DNA of 63,920 bases, the filler included, from Acetivibrio sp. (GTDB lineage: Bacteria > Bacillota > Clostridia > Acetivibrionales > Acetivibrionaceae), in NCBI RefSeq assembly GCF_035371925.1. It is 5 parts of 5 records of this genome, joined end to end, with 100 filler letters (N's around TTAATTAATTAA, not from the genome) between each part and the next. Parts side by side here need not be neighbours in the genome. Positions count along the whole stretch, not along the records: positions 28,309 to 41,956 come from NZ_DAORXT010000080.1; 4 more parts are not named here. One strand, given 5' to 3'. The notes below the pieces were generated by a model, which worked only from the letters and a program-made list of their open reading frames with translations, did not search any database and was not told the DNA's origin. A program made the translations under genes and the position numbers. Positions 28,514 through 39,246 of the stretch are shown here, piece after piece; the first letter of the stretch is position 1; each line of letters opens with the position of its first letter.

Positions 28514-29269
28514 ATGACAAAGTTAATATCTTGGAATGTTAATGGCCTTAGGGCATGCATGAATAAGGGGTTTTTAGACTATTTCAAAAAAGTCGAGGCC
28601 GATATATTCTGCATACAGGAGAGCAAGGTTCAAGCGGGTCAAATTGAGCTTGAACTTGATGGGTACCGTCAATACTGGAACTATGCCGAGAAGAAAGGGT
28701 ATTCCGGTACTGCGGTATTTACCCGTATAGAGCCTTTTTCGGTTCAAAACGGGATTGGAATTGATGAGCATGACAAAGAGGGAAGGGTTATAACCTTGGA
28801 GTTTGACAGCTACTATTTGGTCAATGTATATACTCCCAATGCCAAAAAAGAGCTGGAAAGGCTGGATTACAGGATGAAATGGGAGGATGACTTCAGGAAT
28901 TATCTTGTCGGGCTAAAGAACAAAAAGCCCGTAATTGTTTGTGGGGACATGAATGTGGCTCATAAGGAGATTGACCTTAAAAATCCGGCATCCAACAGAA
29001 GAAGCGCAGGTTTTACCGATGAAGAACGCGCAAAATTTACCCAGCTTCTTGAGGCCGGTTTTATTGATACCTTTAGATATTTCTATCCCGATAAAAAGGA
29101 CGCATATACATAGTGGTCATACATGTTTAATGCCCGCGCAAGAAACGCCGGGTGGAGAATTGATTACTTTTGCGTGTCGGAGAACCTAAAAGAGAGCTTA
29201 GTCAGTGCTTCCATACATGATGATGTGCTAGGTTCCGACCATTGTCCGGTGGAATTGCAGATAAAATAA
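28514..29269 (+). pseudogene. xth: Exodeoxyribonuclease III with an in-frame TAG at 29111-29113
   Basis: ISWNVNGLR, CGDMNVAH; after the stop the frame continues WSY...GWRIDYF...GSDHCPV to TAA 29267-29269. Confidence 0.9.
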
Positions 29270-29420
29270 CATCGGGCAGAAATGTTCATGATAAGGACGT
29301 TTCTGATGGTTACATCTGGAAAACCTTGATTCAATGAACAATTCATGGTAAATTATTTTGTGAAAATGTGTAAGAAGGTGCTACGACATTACTTACGGTT
29401 GTCTATAAAGGAGAATATGA

Positions 29421-30533
29421 ATGGAAGGTAGTTTCAGAGAATGGGTATGGCTAAGTTCCGTTCCGGGAGTTGGAGCAGTCAAGTCTAAAAAACTTCTGGA
29501 GCATTTTATGGACATACATAATGTCTGGAATGCCACTGAAGCTGAGTTGCAAGGGCTTCCTTTTTTAAGCAGGAAGGATATTTCGAATTTAACTAATGTT
29601 AAATTTAAGCAAGATGTAGATCGTCATCTTGAGAATATCTATAAGAATGACATTAAAGTTATTACATTAGAAGATAAATTGTATCCTGAATACCTTAAAA
29701 ACATATATGATCCTCCGTTGGTCCTTTATATGAAAGGAACTATCCAAAAGGAGGAGAAATACCTGGCTGTAGTCGGCTCGAGAAAAGCAACATCCTATGG
29801 GCTTGATATGGCAAAAAGAATTTCCAGAGAGCTTGCCGGATACGGTATTACCATTGTAAGCGGAATGGCCAGAGGAGTTGATTCTTTTGCCCATAAGGGT
29901 GCTCTTGAGGCAAAGGGCAGGACTATAGCTGTTGTAGGGTGTGGTCTTGATATAGTATATCCATATGAAAATAAGAAACTTATGGAAAGTATAGTTGAGA
30001 ACGGTGCCTGCCTGTCGGAATACCTTCCCGGCACTACGCCTGTGCCCGGTAATTTTCCTGCGCGCAACAGGATAATAAGTGGCATTTCCATGGGAGTTAT
30101 TGTGATAGAGGCGGGAGAACGCAGCGGCTCTCTGATTACTGCCAATTTTGCTTTGGAGCAGGGAAGAGAAGTTTTTGCACTTCCGGGAAATGTCAACAGC
30201 ATAAAGAGTACCGGAACCAATAAATTAATTAAAGAAGGTGCAAAAATAGTAACAGGAATTGACGATATACTAGAAGAATTAAATATATATTTCATCGAAG
30301 AAAATACAAATGGCTTATTTACCAAAAACCTTCAGGATGACAAGTTGTTAAAAGGTCTTGATGCTGATGAGAAAAAGATTGTGGAGTGTTTGAGGCTTGA
30401 GTCAATGCATATTGACACTATTGTAAGAAAAACCGGATTTAGTATACAGCTTGTCAACTCGATACTTATAATGCTGGAATTAAAGGGAGTTGTTGAGCAG
30501 CTTCCAGGAAAGATATTCAAATTAAAGTGCTAA
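29421..30533 (+). CDS. dprA: DNA-processing protein DprA
   Basis: VVGSRK, SGMARGVD, FPARNRIISG, ERSGSLITA, C-terminal winged helix. Confidence 0.95.
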   Translation: MEGSFREWVWLSSVPGVGAVKSKKLLEHFMDIHNVWNATEAELQGLPFLSRKDISNLTNVKFKQDVDRHLENIYKNDIKVITLEDKLYPEYLKNIYDPPLVLYMKGTIQKEEKYLAVVGSRKATSYGLDMAKRISRELAGYGITIVSGMARGVDSFAHKGALEAKGRTIAVVGCGLDIVYPYENKKLMESIVENGACLSEYLPGTTPVPGNFPARNRIISGISMGVIVIEAGERSGSLITANFALEQGREVFALPGNVNSIKSTGTNKLIKEGAKIVTGIDDILEELNIYFIEENTNGLFTKNLQDDKLLKGLDADEKKIVECLRLESMHIDTIVRKTGFSIQLVNSILIMLELKGVVEQLPGKIFKLKC

Positions 30534-30626
30534 ATAATTAATTGTAATATGACAATATATAATATTATAATATATTATTAAAAAATAAGAGATAAATAAA
30601 ACTGTAATTAAAAGTGGAGGAAAAAG

Positions 30627-32735
30627 ATGGCTGATAAATTGGTTATTGTTGAGTCTCCCGCGAAGGCACACACTATCGGGAAGTTTTTGGGAAAAGGTTA
30701 TAAGATAGTTGCTTCTGTCGGACACGTGAGAGACCTTCCGAAAAGTCAGATGGGGGTCGATATAGAAAACGATTTTACTCCCAAGTACATTACAATAAGA
30801 GGAAAAGGCGATATAATTTCAAAGCTTAAAAAGGAAGCAAAAAGCGCAAACACTATCTATCTTGCAACCGACCCTGACCGTGAGGGAGAAGCTATTTCAT
30901 GGCATTTGGCTAATTTGCTTAACATAGATGAAAAAGAAAAATGCAGGGTAACTTTTAATGAGATAACCAAAAATGCAGTTAAGAACGCAATAAAGTCACC
31001 CAGGGAAATCAACATGGACTTGGTTGACGCCCAACAGGCAAGAAGGGTACTCGACAGAATTGTAGGATACAAAATAAGCCCTCTGCTTTGGAAAAAGGTT
31101 AAAAAAGGATTGAGCGCAGGGAGGGTACAGTCGGTTGCAACAAGGCTCATCTGCGACAGAGAGGAAGAGATTGAAAAGTTTGTACCTGAGGAATACTGGA
31201 CTATAACTGCAAAGCTCTTAAAAGAAGGAGTAAAAACTCCTTTTGATGCCAAATTTTACGGTTCGGGCAGCAAAAAGAGTGAGCTTACGAGTGAAGAGCA
31301 AGTCAATAAAATCCTCGATGAGATAAAAGATGCTGCATTTGTGGTGCAAAAGGTTAAAAAAGGTGAGAAGAAGAAAAATCCGAATGCACCGTTTACCACC
31401 AGTACAATGCAGCAGGAAGCCTCAAGAAAGCTGGGGTTTTCTACCAAAAAGACGATGATAGTGGCGCAGCAGTTGTATGAGGGAATTGAAGTTAAAGGTG
31501 TCGGCGCTGTGGGTCTTGTTACCTATATTCGTACCGATTCCACAAGGGTTTCCGATGAGGCACAAAACCAGGCTGCGGAGTATATTAAAGAAAAGTTTGG
31601 AGCGAATTATCTTCCTAAAGAAAAAAATATCTATAAAAATAAATCTGCATCCCAGGATGCCCACGAGTGTATCAGGCCGACATCGGTTGAAATGGATCCC
31701 GAGTCTGTAAAAGAATCACTGTCCAAAGAGCAATACCGTTTGTATAAGCTTATATGGGAGAGGTTTGTGGCCAGTCAGATGGCACCGGCCGTATATGACA
31801 CTATAAATGCCGATATTGAAGCCGGCAAATATCTTTTCAAGGCAAGCGGTTCCACGGTAAAGTTTCCGGGATTTACGGTCTTGTACCAAGAGAGCAAGGA
31901 TGAAGAAACGGAAGAAGGAGAAAGTATTATTCCGGAACTTTTAGAAGGAGAAAAATTAAAGCAGAAAAAGATTGACCCCAAACAGCATTTTACACAGCCG
32001 CCTCCAAGATATACGGAAGCAAGTCTGGTTAAGACTTTAGAGGAAAAAGGCATTGGAAGGCCGAGTACTTATGCTCCTACCATTACAACTATTTTGGCCA
32101 GGGGTTATATAGTAAAGGAAGGAAAGACATTAGTTCCTACAGAGCTTGGAAAAATAGTAACGGATATTATGAAAAACCATTTTCAAGATATTGTGGATGT
32201 CGAGTTTACTGCTCAGATGGAGAAGGAGCTCGATGAAGTTGAAGAAGGCGAAAAAAGATGGGTAGATGTTATGAAAAGCTTCTACTCACAGTTTGTTAAC
32301 GTTTTAAAGGATGCGGAAGAAAAGATAGGCAATATTGAAATTCCCGATGAAGTAACCGATGAGATTTGCGAAAAATGCGGAAGAAATATGGTAATCAAGA
32401 TGGGCAAAAACGGAAGATTTCTGGCATGCCCCGGTTTTCCGGAGTGCAGAAACGCAAAGCCGCTTTTAGAGGATGCCGGTGTTACTTGTCCTAAATGCGG
32501 CGGCAAGGTGTACATTAAGAAGACACGAAGGGGCAAGAAATATCTTGGGTGCGAAAACAACAACAGTGAACCGAAATGCGATTTTATGACCTGGGATATG
32601 CCGGCAAAGGAAAACTGCCCCAATTGCGGAAGCTTTCTTCTTAAAAAATATTCCGGCAAAAAGGTGCAGCTAAGATGCAGCAATGAGAATTGTGACTTTG
32701 TAAAAACAGGAGATAAACAGGAAGAAGAGGAGTAG
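30627..32735 (+). CDS. topA: DNA topoisomerase I
   Basis: [23 protein letters not shown]-terminal Zn ribbons. Confidence 0.97.
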   Translation: MADKLVIVESPAKAHTIGKFLGKGYKIVASVGHVRDLPKSQMGVDIENDFTPKYITIRGKGDIISKLKKEAKSANTIYLATDPDREGEAISWHLANLLNIDEKEKCRVTFNEITKNAVKNAIKSPREINMDLVDAQQARRVLDRIVGYKISPLLWKKVKKGLSAGRVQSVATRLICDREEEIEKFVPEEYWTITAKLLKEGVKTPFDAKFYGSGSKKSELTSEEQVNKILDEIKDAAFVVQKVKKGEKKKNPNAPFTTSTMQQEASRKLGFSTKKTMIVAQQLYEGIEVKGVGAVGLVTYIRTDSTRVSDEAQNQAAEYIKEKFGANYLPKEKNIYKNKSASQDAHECIRPTSVEMDPESVKESLSKEQYRLYKLIWERFVASQMAPAVYDTINADIEAGKYLFKASGSTVKFPGFTVLYQESKDEETEEGESIIPELLEGEKLKQKKIDPKQHFTQPPPRYTEASLVKTLEEKGIGRPSTYAPTITTILARGYIVKEGKTLVPTELGKIVTDIMKNHFQDIVDVEFTAQMEKELDEVEEGEKRWVDVMKSFYSQFVNVLKDAEEKIGNIEIPDEVTDEICEKCGRNMVIKMGKNGRFLACPGFPECRNAKPLLEDAGVTCPKCGGKVYIKKTRRGKKYLGCENNNSEPKCDFMTWDMPAKENCPNCGSFLLKKYSGKKVQLRCSNENCDFVKTGDKQEEEE

Positions 32736-32736
32736 T

Positions 32737-34053
32737 ATGACTGATTATATAAACGTAATAGGCGCAGGACTTGCAGGATGCGAGGCAGCATGGCAGATTG
32801 CCAAAAGAGGAATAAAAGTCAAGCTTTTTGAGATGAAGCCGAAAAAATATTCTCCGGCACATCATATGGATACTTTTGCAGAGCTGGTTTGCAGCAATTC
32901 TCTGCGTTCAAACCAGCTGGAAAATGCAGTTGGGCTTTTAAAAGAGGAAATGAGGCTTTTAGACTCCATAATTATGAAGTGTGCCGATGCTGCTCAAGTA
33001 CCTGCCGGAGGGGCCTTGGCAGTGGATAGAAGCAAGTTTTCCCAAATGGTGACGGAGATTATTAGGCAAAATGAAAATATAGAAGTAATAAACGAAGAGG
33101 TTATGGAGCTTCCGAAAGAAGGAATAGCAATTGTTGCTTCAGGTCCCCTTACGTCGGAAAATTTGTCAAAACATCTGGCAGATTTTATCGGTGAGGACTA
33201 TCTTCATTTCTTTGATGCTGCTGCTCCTATTGTTGCTTTTGAATCAATAGACATGAGCAAGGCATTTAGGGCTGCACGCTATGGAAGAGGGACGGACGAT
33301 TACATAAACTGTCCTATGAACAAGGAAGAGTACGAGACTTTTTGGAATGAACTGGTCAATGCAGAACTGGCAGAAGTGAAAGATTTTGACCGCGAAGTGG
33401 TTTTTGAAGGATGTATGCCGGTTGAAACCATGGCAAAAAGAGGAATAGACACTTTGAGATTTGGTCCTTTAAAGCCTGTGGGGCTTGTTGACCCAAATAC
33501 CGGAAAAGAACCCTATGCGGTTGTTCAGCTAAGACAGGACAACAGTGAGGGAACCATGTATAATATAGTAGGATTTCAAACCAGGCTCAAGTGGCTGGAG
33601 CAAAAAAGAGTGTTCAGGCTGATACCGGGACTGGAGAATGCTGAATTTGTAAGGTACGGTGTAATGCACAGAAATACTTTTCTAAATTCGCCAATGCTCT
33701 TAGATGCCGCATACAGCCTTAAAAAGGCTTCCAACATTTATTTTGCCGGACAGATTACCGGGGTTGAAGGGTATGTGGAATCTGCCTCTTCAGGCATGGT
33801 GGCAGGAATTAACGCTTCAATGGATTTTCAAGGAAGAGAACGGGTTATATTTCCGAGAAGTACCGCAATTGGCGCATTAAGTCATTATATTTCCGATAGG
33901 AGCGTAAAGAATTTTCAACCCATGAATATTAATTTTGGCATAATGGAAAGCATTCCTCTAAAAATACGGGATAAAAGAAAAAGAAACTATGAGACGGCAA
34001 TGAGGGCTCTGAAAAATTTAAAAGAATATATTTCGAAATATTTGGAAGTATAA
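32737..34053 (+). CDS. trmFO: tRNA (uracil-54) methyltransferase TrmFO
   Basis: [37 protein letters not shown]. Confidence 0.96.
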   Translation: MTDYINVIGAGLAGCEAAWQIAKRGIKVKLFEMKPKKYSPAHHMDTFAELVCSNSLRSNQLENAVGLLKEEMRLLDSIIMKCADAAQVPAGGALAVDRSKFSQMVTEIIRQNENIEVINEEVMELPKEGIAIVASGPLTSENLSKHLADFIGEDYLHFFDAAAPIVAFESIDMSKAFRAARYGRGTDDYINCPMNKEEYETFWNELVNAELAEVKDFDREVVFEGCMPVETMAKRGIDTLRFGPLKPVGLVDPNTGKEPYAVVQLRQDNSEGTMYNIVGFQTRLKWLEQKRVFRLIPGLENAEFVRYGVMHRNTFLNSPMLLDAAYSLKKASNIYFAGQITGVEGYVESASSGMVAGINASMDFQGRERVIFPRSTAIGALSHYISDRSVKNFQPMNINFGIMESIPLKIRDKRKRNYETAMRALKNLKEYISKYLEV

Positions 34054-34459
34054 AATTATTTGCTTCTATAAAAATTTTATGATAATTTTATATTAAAATA
34101 TCATAATTTTATCATATTTTTATAATAAAATAGTTGTTTTTTTTTAAAAGTTGTGATAATATCATTATAAGTAATGGTATTTTATGTATTAGTCAAGTTT
34201 TATGCAGTTCTTTTTTTTAATTTTCTTTATTTTGTCTTTATAGGGTCTAGGAGTATTATTTGTACGTGTAGGCATATTTTTCCGTAAAAAGATGATAAAA
34301 ACAAATAGAAGTGTATTCCTGTACGGTTATAAGGTTAATAATACCATTATAACTAATGGAATCAATGCAGGAAAATATATTTATATGTCGAATTATACTG
34401 AGAAATGCTTTGTTCTTAATTTTTAGGAGCAGAGTTAAAATACACAGGAGGTGTATCCA

Positions 34460-34864
34460 ATGCTAGGCAGGATTCTTACAGGGACGAATGTGCTTGAAAA
34501 ATCGTTGGATGCAGCGTTGTTACGAAATGAAACCATTTCACAAAACATTGCCAATGCTGACACGCCGGGTTATAAAAGAAAGACCGTTGCTTTTGAAGAG
34601 TACTTGAACGATGCAACGGCAAGTATCAAGGGTATAAGGACACGTCAGGAACATATACCAGTGGGAGCCAGAAATGTAATGGATATTGACATTAAGGTTT
34701 CGGAGGATAAAAGTTCACTTTCAATGAGACTTGATGAAAATAATGTCGATATTGAAAATGAAATGGCGCAAATGGCTAAAAATACTATTAAATATTATCT
34801 GCTCACACAAAAAATCAGCAGTGATTTCAGTAAAATCAAGTCTGCTATCAAAGAAGGGAGATAA
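34460..34864 (+). CDS. flgB: Flagellar basal-body rod protein FlgB
   Basis: NIANADTPGYK; RLDENNVDIENEMA. Confidence 0.95.
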   Translation: MLGRILTGTNVLEKSLDAALLRNETISQNIANADTPGYKRKTVAFEEYLNDATASIKGIRTRQEHIPVGARNVMDIDIKVSEDKSSLSMRLDENNVDIENEMAQMAKNTIKYYLLTQKISSDFSKIKSAIKEGR

Positions 34865-34870
34865 TAAATC

Positions 34871-35314
34871 ATGGGATATTTCAGTTCTCTTGATATAAGC
34901 TCATCAGCTCTTACTGCTCAAAGATTACGAATGGATACAATCTCTCAGAACATTGCAAATGTAAATACCACAAGGACTGAAAACGGACAGCCCTATAGGA
35001 GAAAAACGGTGCTGTTTGAAGAAAAATCCTCAACCGGTTCATTTTCCGAATATCTCGAAAGCAGTATGAGAGGGAAAAACGCTGGCGCGGGAGTCAGGGT
35101 TACGGGAATAGTAGAAGATACATCTCCGTTTAAAAGAGTATATGATCCCGGACATCCGGACGCGGATGAAGAAGGATATGTTTTAATGCCGAATGTTGAT
35201 GTGATTACGGAAATGGTAAATATGATTTCTGCAACAAGAGCCTATGAAGCCAATATTACATCTATCAACACCACAAAGGGTATGGCAATGAAGGCCTTGG
35301 AAATCGGAAGATGA
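34871..35314 (+). CDS. flgC: Flagellar basal-body rod protein FlgC
   Basis: ALTAQRLRMD, YDPGHPDAD, MPNVD. Confidence 0.96.
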   Translation: MGYFSSLDISSSALTAQRLRMDTISQNIANVNTTRTENGQPYRRKTVLFEEKSSTGSFSEYLESSMRGKNAGAGVRVTGIVEDTSPFKRVYDPGHPDADEEGYVLMPNVDVITEMVNMISATRAYEANITSINTTKGMAMKALEIGR

Positions 35315-35404
35315 TCAGGTGATATAAAAGTTTTGGCAGCATAGTGTTGTAAAACCGGCCTTTAAAGATGTAAAAATACGATGACGTTATTTAAGGAGGG
35401 TATT

Positions 35405-35710
35405 ATGGCTGTAAACAGTATTGATTTAATATCTCCTGCAATATCAAAATTTGATTTTACAGTGGGTAAAAATAATAATGAAGATATTGTTAAATCTTTC
35501 AGCAATTATTTGAGTAATGCCATAAAACAGGTGGATGAACTTGAGAAACAGTCAAAGGCTGTTGCTGAGGATTTTGCTGCAGGTAAAACCGACAATATTC
35601 ATGAGGTTATGATTGCTGCGCAAAAGGCAGACATAGCTCTTCAATTTACATTGCAAATCAGGAATAAAATTCTGGATGCTTATAATGAAATAATGAGAAT
35701 GCAGATTTAG
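35405..35710 (+). CDS. fliE: Flagellar hook-basal body protein FliE
   Basis: HEVMIAAQKA, IRNKILDAYNEIMRMQI. Confidence 0.95.
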   Translation: MAVNSIDLISPAISKFDFTVGKNNNEDIVKSFSNYLSNAIKQVDELEKQSKAVAEDFAAGKTDNIHEVMIAAQKADIALQFTLQIRNKILDAYNEIMRMQI

Positions 35711-35794
35711 TGCAGGTTTTTTTGCGTGTACATTTCTATATGTGTTGCATAAATGTTACAGAAGATGATTACCGTTGACTAAGGTGGTGGATTC

Positions 35795-37351
35795 ATGCCA
35801 GAGGTACTATCAAGAATGCAGCAACAGATCACAGACTTTTGGAAAAATCTTGACAAGTCGCAAAGAACACGAATTCTTATAACTTCCGGTATTTTGGTGG
35901 TTGTGCTTACAATAGCCATAGTAATGCTTACAAGGACTACATACGTGCCTTTAATTACCGTTGATGATCCTGAAAGCATTGCTGCAATCGAAGAAGCTCT
36001 TTCCGAAAAGAAGATAAAATACAAGCATGGTGACGGAAAGCGTATTCTTGTCGATTCAAAAGACAAGAATAAAGCTGAATTTGCCTTAGCTTCCACAGGA
36101 TTAACGGAATCTGGAATGACATTTGAGGATGCGTGGAGCCTTCTTAAAGTTAGTTCTTCCGAGAGTGATAAAAAGCAGCTATGGCAAAATTTCAAGAAAA
36201 ACAGTCTTGTTGCGAAGCTCAAGATGTTTGATAATGTAAAAGATGCTGACGTTGAGCTTACCATACCGGAAGAATCCATGTTTTTCGTCGAATCGAAAAA
36301 CGAAGCAAAAGCGGCTGTCAGAATAACTCCAAAAGGTGAATTAACTCCCGAACAGGTTGAAGGGATAGTTATGGTAGTTGCCTCTTCCATAGAAGGATTG
36401 GATCCCAAAAACGTAACGGTTGTTGACAATAATTTTAATATATTGAATCAGAATTTGTCAGACGGTATGAATATACCCTCGAGCCAATACAAGCTTAAGC
36501 TCCGTATAAAAGAAGAACTTGAAAAGAATATAAAAACCCTGTATTCCGGTCGTTCGGACAGCTATGATTTTATAAGTGTTGCAGTAAATCCGGTTTTGGA
36601 TTTGGACAAGGTTACAAAAAATCGAAAAGAAATCGAAAAGCCTACTGGATTGGACGAAGCGATAGTAAGTGAGGAAAAAAAGACAGAAGAGCTAGTGAAC
36701 GGAAATCAAGGCGGGGCGCCGGGGATGGATACCAACCCGGGAACCGGAGATGTTCCAACTTACCCCATAAATGGGGGGGAAAACTCTTCATATGAAAGCA
36801 AGTCGGAAATAATAAACAGAATATTTACCGAGACATTGACCGAGGAAGAAAAAGCCATAGGGACAATGAATTTTAAAGAGTCATCAATGACGGTTGCCCT
36901 GTAGTATGGAAATAGAGTTCCCGATGACAGTAAACTGACAGATGATTTTATAGAGCAGTTTAAACAAGGTTTGAGCAATGCTACAGGAATTCCGGTTGAA
37001 AAAATAACAGTGGACAAGCAAAAACTAGCACCTCAGGAAGTAGAGGTAGTAGCTGCATCCGACAGGATAAAACAGTTTATTGATGACTACGGATTCTTTG
37101 CATTAATGATTATATTGATAATTGCGCTGATGCTTTCAGTAATGCCGAGAAAGAAAAAGACTCCGGAAGCAACACCCGAACTTGCAACTGCAGGTGGTCC
37201 TAATTTTGCTGTAGCTGAAGAAGAAGAATTACCGGAGATAAACTTTGAGGAGCATTCTGAAATTAAGAAACAGATTGAAAACTTTGTCAAGCAAAAACCG
37301 GAGTCAGTTGCACAGCTTCTTAGAAATTGGTTGTCCGATGACTGGGATTAA
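35795..37351 (+). pseudogene. fliF: Flagellar M-ring protein FliF with an in-frame TAG at 36902-36904
   Basis: ORFs 35795-36904 and 36971-37351 share one frame separated only by the TAG; C-terminus KPESVAQLLRNWL; sits between fliE and fliG. Confidence 0.9.
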
Positions 37352-37402
37352 TTGATTTAGGCAGTTTATCACGAAAGAACAACAGGTTTAGGGGGTATTA
37401 TT

Positions 37403-38425
37403 GTGGCTCGAGGTGGAGCAGCAAGAACAGAACTATCAGGAAAAGAAAAAGCAGCAATGTTATTAATTGCTCTTGGGCCTGAAAGATCGGCAGAGATTTT
37501 CAAACACCTTAAAGATGATGAAATTGAGCAGTTGACCCTTGAAATTGCAAATATCAGGACCGTAAGTCCCGAAGAAAAGGAGAAGGTGTTGGAGGAGTTT
37601 TACCAGATATGTCTTGCACAGAATTATATTGCCGAGGGTGGAATAAACTATGCAAAAGAAATTCTCGAGAAAGCTTTGGGAACTCAAAAGGCACTGGATG
37701 TTTTAAACAAGCTGACGGTGTCGTTGCAAGTGAGGCCTTTTGACTTTGTAAGGAAGGCAGACCCTTCACAGCTTATAAACTTTATCCAAAACGAACATCC
37801 TCAGACAATAGCATTGATCCTGTCATATCTGAAACCCCAACAGGCATCAATCGTATTGTCGGCGCTTCCCCAGGACAAACAGGCTGATGTTGCAAGAAGA
37901 ATAGCAACGATGGACAGAACATCGCCTGAGGTAATAAAAGAGGTGGAGAGAGTACTTGAAAAGAAGCTTTCGGCAATTGTTACCGAAGACTTTACTGCTG
38001 CCGGTGGCGTACAGGCAATAGTTGATATCTTGAATAACGTTGACAGAGGAACCGAAAAATACATTATGGAAACTCTGGAGGTTGAAGATACCGACCTTGC
38101 CGAAGAGATAAAGAAGAGAATGTTTGTGTTCGAGGACATACTTACTTTGGACAATCGTTCCATTCAAAGATTCCTGCGTGAGGTTGACAACAATCAGCTG
38201 GCCATTGCCCTCAAAGCTACCAAGGAAGAAGTTCAAAACAAGATTTTTGCAAATATGTCCAAGCGTATGGCTGAAATGGTGAAGGAGGACATGGAATTCA
38301 TGGGTCCTGTAAGGCTCAAGGATGTTGAGGAGGCTCAGCAGAAGATTGTAAATATCATAAGAAAACTCGAAGATGCCGGTGAGATAGTAATCTCCAGGGG
38401 CGGGGGAGATGAGATAATTGTATAG
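37403..38425 (+). CDS. fliG: Flagellar motor switch protein FliG
   Basis: EHPQTIALILSYL, MFVFEDI, GPVRLKDVEEAQ. Confidence 0.97.
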   Translation: MARGGAARTELSGKEKAAMLLIALGPERSAEIFKHLKDDEIEQLTLEIANIRTVSPEEKEKVLEEFYQICLAQNYIAEGGINYAKEILEKALGTQKALDVLNKLTVSLQVRPFDFVRKADPSQLINFIQNEHPQTIALILSYLKPQQASIVLSALPQDKQADVARRIATMDRTSPEVIKEVERVLEKKLSAIVTEDFTAAGGVQAIVDILNNVDRGTEKYIMETLEVEDTDLAEEIKKRMFVFEDILTLDNRSIQRFLREVDNNQLAIALKATKEEVQNKIFANMSKRMAEMVKEDMEFMGPVRLKDVEEAQQKIVNIIRKLEDAGEIVISRGGGDEIIV

Positions 38426-39200
38426 CAACAAAATATTTAAGAGCAGTCAAGTAAATATCGGGATACCCGTTCAAATCAAAGTTCCTCTTAACTATCAGAA
38501 CATTAAAAAGATTAAAGAGCCTGAAGTGGACTTTGATTCCTGTGTAAATGAAAAGTCCGAGATATTAAATAAAAAGATTGAAAATGAAAAGGCTATTTTG
38601 GAGAGAGCTCATAAAGAGGCAGAGGAGATAATCAGACAAGCAGAGCTTGAGGCAGCTAAAATATTGGAGGATGCCCGGGAAAAAGGGTTTCAGTTAATGG
38701 CGGAAATTGAGGAAGACAGCAGGCAAAAAGGGTTTGAAAAAGGATATGAGGAAGCTAAAATGCAGTATGAGGATTTGCTGCAGGAGGCGGAATTAATCAG
38801 AGAAAATGCATTGAAAGAGTATAGGGAAATGCTTCAAGGTATTGAAAAGGATGCATTGAATGTTATTATAGACATTTCCAAGAAAGTTATCGGTACAGAG
38901 ATAAGCATGAACAAGGATAGACTTTTGGAAATGATTGCACAGGCTTTTGAACGATGTTCAAACAGGGAGAATATTACGCTGAAGGTATCTTCGGCGGATT
39001 ACGATTTTATAGTTGAAAACAAGGACAGGATTCTTTCGATGGTTGAAGGTATAGGCCAGCTTGACATTGTAAAGGACCAAGCCTTAAAGCTGGGCGCATT
39101 GATACTGGAAACACCCTACGGAAGTGTGGATGCAGGTATGGATACAAAGCTTAAAAAGATTGAAGAAGCATTTTTTAAGGTATTGGCAAATCGAAAATAA
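38418..39200 (+). CDS. fliH: Flagellar assembly protein FliH
   Basis: GFEKGYEE repeats, ILETPYGSVDA; located between fliG and fliI. Confidence 0.88.
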   Translation: MYSNKIFKSSQVNIGIPVQIKVPLNYQNIKKIKEPEVDFDSCVNEKSEILNKKIENEKAILERAHKEAEEIIRQAELEAAKILEDAREKGFQLMAEIEEDSRQKGFEKGYEEAKMQYEDLLQEAELIRENALKEYREMLQGIEKDALNVIIDISKKVIGTEISMNKDRLLEMIAQAFERCSNRENITLKVSSADYDFIVENKDRILSMVEGIGQLDIVKDQALKLGALILETPYGSVDAGMDTKLKKIEEAFFKVLANRK

Positions 39201-39246
39201 TTTCACATTTCACGCATAAAATAAACAATCTGGGATGGGAAGCTCT

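Noticed and set aside
34054..34459. Missing xerC-hslVU-codY between trmFO and flgB as a deletion scar
   Set aside because: No gene remnants are visible, and direct trmFO-flgB adjacency is plausible for this lineage.
29111..36904. Genome-wide TAG reassignment (alternative genetic code)
   Set aside because: Several genes end at TAG at expected lengths (e.g. 5877, 15029, 17551, 35710).
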